DNA of 32,000 nt from positions 9,632 to 41,631 of the forward strand of contig JBBSWA010000033.1 of the NCBI GenBank assembly GCA_038046485.1. Reading direction: 5' to 3'. A program made the position numbers and the translations under genes. Position 1 is the stretch's first letter; the number at the start of each line of letters is the position of its first letter. This DNA is from Nanobdellota archaeon. GTDB taxonomy: Archaea > Nanobdellota > Nanobdellia > Woesearchaeales > SM23-78. Below the pieces are notes generated by a model, which saw only the letters and a program-made list of their open reading frames with translations, did no database searches and was not told the DNA's origin. This document shows, in pieces, positions 16,986-24,849 of the stretch.

Positions 16986-17348
16986 ATGAACCCCCAAGAA
17001 CAAAAACCGGACGCTGAAACGGAGAACAAGATCAACCAGTTATCCATGCTCGAACAAAACCTGCAAAGCGTTGCCCTTCAAAAACAACAATTCCAAAATC
17101 AAAACCTTGAGATTGAAAGTGCCCTCTCCGAACTTGAGGGAAGCGAAGAAGCCTTTAAGATCATCGGAAACCTCATGGTTAAAATTACGAAGGACAAACT
17201 CAAGAGCGACCTTTCCAACAAGAAAGAAACCGGGCAATTACGCCTTAAGTCCCTCGAAAAGCAAGAATCCATGTTTCGAGAGAAGACCAAGGCCCTCCAA
17301 GAAGAGATCCTCAAGCATATTCAAACAGGAGCTCAAAAAAGCTCCTGA
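16986..17348 (+). CDS. pfdB: prefoldin beta subunit
   Basis: 120 aa coiled coil-beta hairpin-coiled coil pattern (LQSVALQKQQFQNQNLEIESALSELE...FKIIGNLMVKITKDKL...). Confidence 0.85.
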   Translation: MNPQEQKPDAETENKINQLSMLEQNLQSVALQKQQFQNQNLEIESALSELEGSEEAFKIIGNLMVKITKDKLKSDLSNKKETGQLRLKSLEKQESMFREKTKALQEEILKHIQTGAQKSS

Positions 17349-17353
17349 ACCAA

Positions 17354-17432
17354 CAAAAATCGCAAGCAATTTTTGGGGCTCAGAAACCTAAATGGTTTCT
17401 GAACTTTGAGAACCAAAAAAAAGTTCTCAAAG
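17354..17432 (+). other. three consecutive hairpins between pfdB and the UPF0147 gene
   Basis: CAAAAAT/ATTTTTG (17354-17375), TCAGAAACC/GGTTTCTGA (17380-17402) and CTTTGAGAAC/GTTCTCAAAG (17404-17432). Confidence 0.6.
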
Positions 17433-17475
17433 AACCGGGGAAAAAATCCGAGTCATAACAGAGGTGAAGGGGAAC

Positions 17476-17784
17476 ATGAATACACAAAACGAAGTGCAAG
17501 ACGCACTTAGCAACCTAATCGGTGACAACAGCGTACCTAAAAATATCCGCAGCCGTCTGGGCATAATCCTGCAGAACTTGGGGCATACGCAAAACATACA
17601 TCTTCAACTCAACCAGAGCCTCTCTGACTTGGACGACATCAGCAATGACATCAACTTGCCGCCCTTTGTACGAACCGAGCTTTTTAGCGTTCTTAGCCTG
17701 CTTGAAAACATGAACAACCAGCTTGTGAGTTTGCCCATTCAAGTCAAAGCGATTGTCAAAAAGAAACACGTTGTACAGCATTAA
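17476..17784 (+). CDS. UPF0147-family protein
   Basis: DNSVPKNIRSRL...LDDISNDINLPPFVRTELFSVLSLLE matches the archaeal UPF0147 pattern. The ATG at 17476 is preceded by GAGGTGA at 17460-17466; the track starts at the GTG at 17464. Confidence 0.8.
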   Translation: MNTQNEVQDALSNLIGDNSVPKNIRSRLGIILQNLGHTQNIHLQLNQSLSDLDDISNDINLPPFVRTELFSVLSLLENMNNQLVSLPIQVKAIVKKKHVVQH

Positions 17785-17786
17785 TT

Positions 17787-17815
17787 TTATTTTTTTTCTG
17801 TTTGTATTTTTTATT
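17787..17815 (+). terminator. oligo-T rich terminator region
   Basis: Runs T8, T6 and T3 directly after the stop codon fit the archaeal oligo-T terminator pattern. Confidence 0.45.
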
Positions 17816-17818
17816 TGT

Positions 17819-18048
17819 GTTTGTTTAGCATCTTCAAAATCCTCTATTATAACTCTATAAGCGCTGCACCCCCGTAAGGGACACACAGAAATTCAACGGA
17901 TTTCTGGTGCAGAGGAATGAAACATTCCTCGCACGAGGAGTTCAGAACTCCTCTGTGCCAGAAATCGTTCGACGATTTCTGTGCATCCCCGTGCAACGCG
18001 CTTAATAAGCACATTGCATGGATTTTGACCTGAAGATGCTAAACAAAC
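17819..18048. ncRNA. structured intergenic element, copy C (expanded version)
   Basis: 17-bp closing stem GTTTGTTTAGCATCTTC/GAAGATGCTAAACAAAC and a second stem AAAATCC/GGATTTT. Core blocks are GCTGCACCCCCGTAAGGG (17863-17880) and GTGCATCCCCGTGCAACGCGC (17981-18001). Four hairpins lie between them. Confidence 0.6.
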
Positions 18049-18071
18049 CAACAAACGATGCTCGACAGAAA

Positions 18072-18644
18072 CTATCTTTTCCTTAAGACTTTCTTTATCA
18101 GAATTGAATTGGGGATGAATACGATGTCTCCACTTGAAGTGCGAATCTGCGTGTCAAGCAGGCTTACTTCTATGACTTTACCTTTGATCCCTTCCATCTC
18201 GATTTGATTGCCCACACTAATCTTTTGCTTGGTGTGGATGGCAAACCCGGCCGTGAGGTTTGGAACCAAGTCCCGAATGGCCAAGGCTGCTGAAATCATG
18301 ATTAAGACGATCACACCAATTGAGATGGCGTTTAAGACGGCAGTTGTAAGACCTAGACTATTCAAGAATAAGATTACGGTCACAAAGTAAACAATAAAGG
18401 CTGAAAAACTACTTAATACCTTGGAGACTGAAACCTTAATCCCCACGGTTTTCTTGAGCGCAGCATCCATATCCAACTCATCAAGAACCCTACGAACGAA
18501 ACGCCCTAAGAGCTTACCCAAGATGAAACCGACGAGCAAGATGAGGATGGCGAAGGCTAACCGGTTCAAATAAGGGTTTAAATTGCTGTATACTTGCTCC
18601 ATCCAAGGCATAACGGATCCAACTGGGGATTCAACTGATTCCAT
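18072..18644 (-). CDS. small MscS-like mechanosensitive channel protein
   Basis: Three TM helices followed by GNQIEMEGIKGKVIEVSLLDTQIRTSSGDIVFIPNS, the MscS beta-domain signature. Confidence 0.78.
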   Translation of the reverse strand: MESVESPVGSVMPWMEQVYSNLNPYLNRLAFAILILLVGFILGKLLGRFVRRVLDELDMDAALKKTVGIKVSVSKVLSSFSAFIVYFVTVILFLNSLGLTTAVLNAISIGVIVLIMISAALAIRDLVPNLTAGFAIHTKQKISVGNQIEMEGIKGKVIEVSLLDTQIRTSSGDIVFIPNSILIKKVLRKR

Positions 18645-18667
18645 TTTATGAACAAATCAGCTCTGGA

Positions 18668-18674
18668 TTATAAA
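18668..18674 (-). promoter_or_regulatory. TATA box for the MscS-like gene
   Basis: TTATAAA is centred about 27 nt upstream of the ATG at 18644. Confidence 0.4.
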
Positions 18675-18753
18675 GATTGTCTTGCTTCTACCCTATATTT
18701 TCTATATAGTTCATATTTATTATTTACTTATATATACTCAATTATTACCTATT

Positions 18754-18840
18754 TAACTAAACTTTTACCTATTAGTACAAATTATTATCGTATTTTTTAC
18801 TTAATTAACTAAATATTTACCTATTAGTACAAATTATTAT
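18754..18840. repeat. AT-rich 52-nt-period direct repeats
   Basis: TAACTAAACTTTTACCTATTAGTACAAATTATTAT (18754-18788) versus TAACTAAATATTTACCTATTAGTACAAATTATTAT (18806-18840), 33/35 identical. TACTTAATTA recurs at 18797 and 18849. Confidence 0.85.
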
Positions 18841-18947
18841 TTTAACTATTACTTAATTATACAAACTATTATACCTATATATACAAATAAAAAGACTTAT
18901 AAATACAAAGACGTCAAAAACCGCCAATTAAGAACAATGAGCGGTTT

Positions 18948-19511
18948 TTGAGCGTGATCAGAATTTCTAAGGAAATTCTGACACTTAAAAAGACCCCATT
19001 AGCGAAAAACGGAGCTTGCGTGAAGGAAATAGCCCCCAGCAAAGACAAAGTAATTGAGCAACTGCGAGAGAGCTACGCTGCGCTTCGAGAACAACACAAC
19101 CTCACCTACGAGGAAATTCTAAACCAACTCCAAAGCGTAGAAACTACCTTGCCCTGCACCATTTTTAGTTCAAGCCTAAGCAGCCTTGAAACCATCACCA
19201 AATATCTCAAAGAAAACCAGCACTTCACCCTCAAAGAAATTGCGCAAAAACTCAATCGCACGTACCGCACGATCTGGGGGGCGTACCATGCCAGCTTGCA
19301 CAAACATCCTTCTGGTTTAACTGCAATTCCCACCCCCTACCACATCCCCCTTTCCCTTTTTTCTGAACGCAAACTAAGCATCCTTGAAACCATCACCCAC
19401 CACCTGCGCTCGACACACCACCTGCGCTACAGTCAAATTGCTAAAATCCTACACCGCGATCCTCGAACTGTTTGGACAACAGAATACAATGCGAAAGGAA
19501 AACTCAAATGA
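18948..19511 (+). CDS. tandem helix-turn-helix protein (two sigma-70-region-4/LuxR-like repeats); non-ATG start
   Basis: Internal repeat LSSLETITKYLKENQHFTLKEIAQKLNRTYRTIWGAYHAS / LSILETITHHLRSTHHLRYSQIAKILHRDPRTVWTTEYNA. The ORF contains no ATG codon. Candidate starts are TTG 18948 or GTG 18954. Confidence 0.62.
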   Translation: MSVIRISKEILTLKKTPLAKNGACVKEIAPSKDKVIEQLRESYAALREQHNLTYEEILNQLQSVETTLPCTIFSSSLSSLETITKYLKENQHFTLKEIAQKLNRTYRTIWGAYHASLHKHPSGLTAIPTPYHIPLSLFSERKLSILETITHHLRSTHHLRYSQIAKILHRDPRTVWTTEYNAKGKLK

Positions 19512-22333
19512 AAAAAAACCTTGATAGTGAAGAGAGAAAACGAGCAGATCTATCGGATCTCCAAGTCCAACGGCTGCGCGGTCTTATTACCAAAATAAAA
19601 ACAGAATATTACTACACCCTACGCCAGACTGAAGCTTTACGACAAAAAGCCAAAGAAGAGCAATGGACCAGCACAGCTTATCAGGAACGGCTATGCAAAG
19701 TATTAAACGGCAAAAAAAACCTGCAAAGTTACCGTGAACACCAAGAAAGTTTGATTCAGGAATACGAACACCAACTTATTGACTCGATCCACTCTGACCT
19801 TACCTCTCAAATCGCACCCTACCAGGTACAGAGTGTTTTCCAACGATTCCAGCAGGGATTCCAAGCAAATACCTATGCTTTGCAACACTACCTGGTTGAG
19901 CAAAAAGTACCCCACATCGCAGGACTCTTCCTACTCATTGTCGTTCTGGGATTTTTTACTTACACTGGATACGTCGCTAAAGATGCCGGCCTTTTCCAGA
20001 CGATTCCCATTGAAACCACCTTTACTGAAAACACGACGATTCCTCTTAACTTAACTGATCTAAGTAGTTTACGTGCGAATGGCCGTCTCATTGGAAAACC
20101 CAGTGTTCATCTCTATTTAGAAGCTGAGAATGGTCATACTCAAAAAACTCAACGCTATGTACTACTGGATGGAGATCGCCTGGGATTGGACATGCTTGCT
20201 ATTACTGGAAATGCTGTTCGACAAAATCAAGGCATTACCTTTGTATTTACGACCGACCAAGAAAAGTATACTATTGAAGAGATGGTTTACGTCGTCCTTG
20301 CCCCTTCGAATAGCTATTACTCGATGTATCTTACCGATTCGGATAACAATACGATCCCCATTGAAAGTCTGAACTTCACCGTGCAAAGACCAGGCGATTA
20401 CCAACTTGTTGGATTACTCACCCAAGATGGAGTAAGTGAACGGCTCGAGACTCGTTTCCACGTTGACGCTGCGCCTGAAACGGAAGGCACTACTCCTATT
20501 TCTTCCAAGAAAGCTACTGAAAAACCCCGAGGACTCTACAGCTTCCAAAACTACTGCCAAGAAAGCTGCCACCTCCCTACTGAATTGGTAGACCCTCGCC
20601 TCGTCATTGAAATCAATGACAACACCCGTGTTACACTCTACAACCTCACGTATAGTCAGCATACCCTTAATGAGCCCCCCAAACAAATCAAGAACATTCC
20701 TGATACTGTGAGTTACTTAGGCTATTCTACCCCTATAGATCTTAACTCTTACTTCCAAGATGAAGATGAACTTATTTATACAACGAGCGCAACTGAGTTA
20801 TCGGCTCACATTGAAAAGGGCATCCTTAATCTGCAAGGAAACAAAACGGGAAGCTACAGCCTCTTTGTCTATGCCAGCGATGGAAACGCAATCATCACCA
20901 GCAAACCCTTTACCATCACGGTAAAAGAACCGCCTATTCAGACTCAGCTCACCCTTAACTGTGAAGGTTGCAAGATGCACCAAACCAAAAGCTACACCGA
21001 GACTTGGGTTCGCCTGAATATTCAGAAAAATACGGACAGGAAAATAGGAAGCTTCTACCTAGACTTACCTGCGGGCTGGCGCGTGACCGACCCCAAAGAT
21101 GGCACGGTGAATGTCATCGATGAAAAACATCCGCGCATCCAATGGACCCTTAAAAAAGAATCGGATGTGATTGAGAAAAACTTCTATGCCCTTGCCCCGA
21201 ATACACAGAAGAAACTGCGACAAAGCTTCAGCCTTACTGTTGCTGACCAGAAACAAGACTATGAAGTGATTACCCACCCGACCCCGATTGACTTACGAGA
21301 AGAGGAAGATGAACTGGACCAGAGACTTGATGTCAACACAAGCATTAACACCACAGGCGATAATTATACTGTCACAGTTCACCTGCCTGATGCTGAAATA
21401 CGGCTTGAAAACGTATACGACCTGGAAGAAATACAGTCCTTGGACTTATTCACCCAACAAAACATCACTCTTAACAATCAGATCTACCTTGCTGCAACCC
21501 CCCTCATCCACTTAAACACATTCCAATTAAACAGCGCCACTTTCATTTTGCCCAAAACAAACCCTGTTAAAGCCCTTGCTGGATGCGAACGATGGAACAC
21601 AGGCACTCAAAGCTGCGAAGCCTGGAACCTTCTTAACACCTCCTTTAATGAAACTCCTACGACCCTTCAATTTACTGTGAAAAAGATTACGGCCTATGCT
21701 GGACTTGGAAAACGCATTGGTGAAATTAAATCGAAATATAAAACATCCAAGATTGGAGCGTACACCGACTACACACTAAACAATGAGACCTATGCCAACT
21801 ACACCCACCCCCTCCTGTATCCAGGCAAGGATAGCTTTAGCGCTGAATTCTGGATCCGCACCAACTCCACTAAAGACCAAACTTTCCTTAGCAGCGAAGA
21901 AGGACAATTCGAAACCTACTGGAAGATTGGAATGGACATGGCCCGGTACGGGATCCTTGCCATACGCCTCAGCAGCCAAGAAGGCGAAACAATCAAAGAA
22001 ATTCCAGACGCCCTTGTTGACGGCCCGCAAAGCTTTGGAACCACTCTACTGAATGATGGACAATGGCATCACCTCCTTGCGGTACGCGACCGCAACCAAA
22101 ACACGATCCTTGGGTATGTAGACGGAAAACTTGACCTCACCTATAATGACACCAGCACAGACATCATGGATACTGCAAGCCACCTCATCCTTGGCAGATC
22201 AAACCCGAACAGCGATGCAGGCTATGATGGCGAGTTTACCCTTATTGACCTCTACGACCATGCCCTTACACCTGAAGAAATGCAGAGCCATTACCAAACT
22301 CAAAAATCACTCTTTACTGAGGTGAAGGCATGA
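19508..22333 (+). CDS. single-pass membrane protein: cytoplasmic helical N-domain, TM, cadherin/Ig-like module, C-terminal LamG (ConA-like lectin) domain
   Basis: The ATG at 19508 overlaps the TGA of the upstream gene (ATGA). TM helix IAGLFLLIVVLGFFTYTGYV. Cadherin-like IDLNSYFQDEDELIYT...SLFVYASDGN. LamG pattern SFSAEFWIR...DGQWHHLLAVRD...LGYVDG...LILGRS...DLYDHALTPEEM. Confidence 0.8.
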   Translation: MKKNLDSEERKRADLSDLQVQRLRGLITKIKTEYYYTLRQTEALRQKAKEEQWTSTAYQERLCKVLNGKKNLQSYREHQESLIQEYEHQLIDSIHSDLTSQIAPYQVQSVFQRFQQGFQANTYALQHYLVEQKVPHIAGLFLLIVVLGFFTYTGYVAKDAGLFQTIPIETTFTENTTIPLNLTDLSSLRANGRLIGKPSVHLYLEAENGHTQKTQRYVLLDGDRLGLDMLAITGNAVRQNQGITFVFTTDQEKYTIEEMVYVVLAPSNSYYSMYLTDSDNNTIPIESLNFTVQRPGDYQLVGLLTQDGVSERLETRFHVDAAPETEGTTPISSKKATEKPRGLYSFQNYCQESCHLPTELVDPRLVIEINDNTRVTLYNLTYSQHTLNEPPKQIKNIPDTVSYLGYSTPIDLNSYFQDEDELIYTTSATELSAHIEKGILNLQGNKTGSYSLFVYASDGNAIITSKPFTITVKEPPIQTQLTLNCEGCKMHQTKSYTETWVRLNIQKNTDRKIGSFYLDLPAGWRVTDPKDGTVNVIDEKHPRIQWTLKKESDVIEKNFYALAPNTQKKLRQSFSLTVADQKQDYEVITHPTPIDLREEEDELDQRLDVNTSINTTGDNYTVTVHLPDAEIRLENVYDLEEIQSLDLFTQQNITLNNQIYLAATPLIHLNTFQLNSATFILPKTNPVKALAGCERWNTGTQSCEAWNLLNTSFNETPTTLQFTVKKITAYAGLGKRIGEIKSKYKTSKIGAYTDYTLNNETYANYTHPLLYPGKDSFSAEFWIRTNSTKDQTFLSSEEGQFETYWKIGMDMARYGILAIRLSSQEGETIKEIPDALVDGPQSFGTTLLNDGQWHHLLAVRDRNQNTILGYVDGKLDLTYNDTSTDIMDTASHLILGRSNPNSDAGYDGEFTLIDLYDHALTPEEMQSHYQTQKSLFTEVKA

Positions 22334-24849
22334 GACAAACTCTTCACCTCACCTTCCTACTAGTACTTCTAGTCATCCTGGTCCTTCTAGGCACTACCCT
22401 TGCAGAAGCTGCCAATGCCACGGTGGTATACAGAAGCAATACGGGCAGCTGCGCTTCCAACGCCTTGAACTGCCCCAAGATTCGAGCCTGGGATAGCACG
22501 GGTGGGGGAAGCTGGGGAAGCGCAGTTGAGTTGCCGACTGCCGGAAGCCCTGTTCGATATGCCGTCATCCGATTCAGCAATGTCAGCAGCAAACGAGCCC
22601 TTGTCACTTCGAGCGACGACGGCTTCCTCGACGGATATGTTTCGTACAACAACACCGCCTGGACGGTCACGAACAACATCGGTCAAGTGTTTGGAAGCAA
22701 CGCCGCCAAAAACGAACGACGATTTGACCTGCAATTCGAAACAGCAAGTGGAGACGCCGTACTAACCTATGCCACCACGAATTCCAGCGGAAACTGCGAC
22801 CTCGCGTACAAGGTATTATTGGCGAATGACACCAGCTGGGCCAACAGCGGCGAAACCTGCATTGACAATGACCAACGCACCCAAGATGACCAATCCAGCT
22901 ACATCAACATGGATCGCAACCCGTCTGATGACAGCTCTGAAATGGTGATGGCCAACCTCAATACCAACCTCTCCGATGTCACCGCACGAGTTTGGGATGG
23001 GGACAACTGGGGCAATCGAATGAATATCACCACCACGAGCTCCATTACCACCACTGAATCGCAAGATGTGGCTTATGCCAAGGATGGAAGCAAAGCGATG
23101 GTCGTTGCAGGGGATGGAGTGAACGGAAACGTCACAACCAAATACTGGAACGGGGCAAGCTGGACTACTACTCCCGGATTTGACATCGATACGGGCGATG
23201 CTCTCGACCTCAAATGGATCCACCTGAAAGCCGACTCGCTCACAGATGACTTGCAAGCCGTCTTTGTAGACAGCGGCAGTGATCTAGGAACAGCCTACTG
23301 GAACGGTGCCACTTGGGCCGTAACGCGCAATATCGATACTGCCGTGGACAGCAATGCGGCGCGACCCTCCGACTTTGCCTGGAACAGCACCAACAGCGGC
23401 GGAAAATTAGTCTTGGACACGGACACTACAGGCACTACACTCAGCCAACGCGGCTGCACCCCTCAATGCACCAGCGGCACCACTACGTTCTCCACGTACG
23501 CTGCCACCGGTGCTTGGCTCAACCTCTACCGCGTGCCTTATGATCCCCTCACAAAAGTAAGCATCCTTGGACTACGCCTCAACAGTGCCTTTGACCTGGG
23601 CAGCTTCGCCCAAGGCATCAATGGAAGCTACTATACATATGGAGACAACACCCTTACAGCCGATACAACCGTAACTACCTTTGAACCCTACAGCCTCGCC
23701 TTCCAAACAGCCTACGGCGGATACTCAGCCCCTTCCACTGTTTACACCCTCAACCAAAGCGCCTTCATCAAACTCGACAACAAAACAACAGATTGGGGGA
23801 ATCTCACCATTTTAACTGACACGGCCGGCGACCAAGCCGCAGGAGGAAGCTCCTTCGATATCACTAACATCAGCCTTGCTAATGGCCCCACACGACTCTT
23901 CGCCTATCTCCAACTCGCAGGAGGAGTGAACTACAGCGCCAACAACTACTACCGCATCTTCGTCACCAATAATGAGGACAATGGCAAACCCACCGCTCCT
24001 GATACAGGTATATTGCTTCCTTTCAAATACACCCACGTCATCCAGCTCAACAACAGCAAATGCCGCGTCTTCAACAACACCGGCGGAAAAGTCGGCAACT
24101 GCCAATATTACAGCAACAACAACACCCTTGAAATTGAAGTCCCCTTCAAATACCTCAACGTGACCAAAGGAGAGAGCTTGAACGTAACGTTTGAGACGGG
24201 CAACTGGACGAATCGCTATGACCTTGCGCCTTACAACAGCGGCTACATCCAGTTCCTCATCAACCAAACCAAGTACGAAACGTACAACTTTACTAACAAC
24301 ACCTACGCTAATTACTCAACAGACGATCCCCACCCATCGAATGGAAGCTTTAGCGCAGAATTATGGGTGCGAACCCCTGTCACTGCCGATCAGATGTTCA
24401 TCAGCAGCGGAGAGTACGACAGCATGGAGTACTACTGGCGCATTGGGATGATCTCTGCCCACACAGGCATCTTATCGATTAAGATGCAAGACGGAATCGA
24501 AGGCGGGGAATGGTGGGAGATTCCAGACCCCGGCGCTGAAAGCGGACAGATCATTGGTAGCAGCAGCTTGAGTGACAATCAATGGCACCACATCGCCTTT
24601 GTAAGGGACCGAGAACAGATGCGAGTCTATGGCTACGTGGACGGTGTGCCTGAGATCAACTTTAGTGACAGCAGTCGAAACGTGACAAGCAATGCCTCCA
24701 ACCTCGTCTTAGGTAAGTCCAACATTTACGCAGACCCTGGATTGGTAGGAAATCTAAGTGTAATCGGCACGTATAACCGAGCCCTCACGACAGAAGAAGT
24801 ACAAGATCACAACCTCACCCAACGAGAAGAAATCGAGGGAGAAACATGA
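22330..24849 (+). CDS. secreted protein: signal peptide, six W-x-G-x-x-W-type repeats (propeller-like), middle beta-sandwich-like module, C-terminal LamG domain
   Basis: ATGA overlap with the upstream gene. Signal peptide LLVLLVILVLLGTTLAEA. Repeats RAWDSTGGGSW, NNTAWTV, NDTSWAN, RVWDGDNWG, KYWNGASW, AYWNGATW at about 52-aa spacing. LamG pattern SFSAELWVR...DNQWHHIAFVRD...YGYVDG...LVLGKS...YNRALTTEEV. Confidence 0.85.
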   Translation: MRQTLHLTFLLVLLVILVLLGTTLAEAANATVVYRSNTGSCASNALNCPKIRAWDSTGGGSWGSAVELPTAGSPVRYAVIRFSNVSSKRALVTSSDDGFLDGYVSYNNTAWTVTNNIGQVFGSNAAKNERRFDLQFETASGDAVLTYATTNSSGNCDLAYKVLLANDTSWANSGETCIDNDQRTQDDQSSYINMDRNPSDDSSEMVMANLNTNLSDVTARVWDGDNWGNRMNITTTSSITTTESQDVAYAKDGSKAMVVAGDGVNGNVTTKYWNGASWTTTPGFDIDTGDALDLKWIHLKADSLTDDLQAVFVDSGSDLGTAYWNGATWAVTRNIDTAVDSNAARPSDFAWNSTNSGGKLVLDTDTTGTTLSQRGCTPQCTSGTTTFSTYAATGAWLNLYRVPYDPLTKVSILGLRLNSAFDLGSFAQGINGSYYTYGDNTLTADTTVTTFEPYSLAFQTAYGGYSAPSTVYTLNQSAFIKLDNKTTDWGNLTILTDTAGDQAAGGSSFDITNISLANGPTRLFAYLQLAGGVNYSANNYYRIFVTNNEDNGKPTAPDTGILLPFKYTHVIQLNNSKCRVFNNTGGKVGNCQYYSNNNTLEIEVPFKYLNVTKGESLNVTFETGNWTNRYDLAPYNSGYIQFLINQTKYETYNFTNNTYANYSTDDPHPSNGSFSAELWVRTPVTADQMFISSGEYDSMEYYWRIGMISAHTGILSIKMQDGIEGGEWWEIPDPGAESGQIIGSSSLSDNQWHHIAFVRDREQMRVYGYVDGVPEINFSDSSRNVTSNASNLVLGKSNIYADPGLVGNLSVIGTYNRALTTEEVQDHNLTQREEIEGET

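Noticed and set aside
18020-18048. Reading the one-sided bulge in the closing stems of elements A to C as a bulge-helix-bulge splicing or processing motif or as a k-turn.
   Set aside because: A canonical BHB needs two 3-nt bulges on opposite strands separated by 4 bp. Here only the 3' strand bulges, by 5-7 nt. Tandem sheared G-A pairs for a k-turn are absent. A relaxed motif cannot be excluded, but it is not supported either.
19511-19719. A8 homopolymer tracts at 19511-19518 (codons 2-4 of the membrane LamG gene) and at 19712-19719, as possible slipped-strand phase-variation switches.
   Set aside because: A single sequence gives no evidence of length polymorphism, and A-runs of this size are not rare at this base composition. 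Read-level data would be needed.
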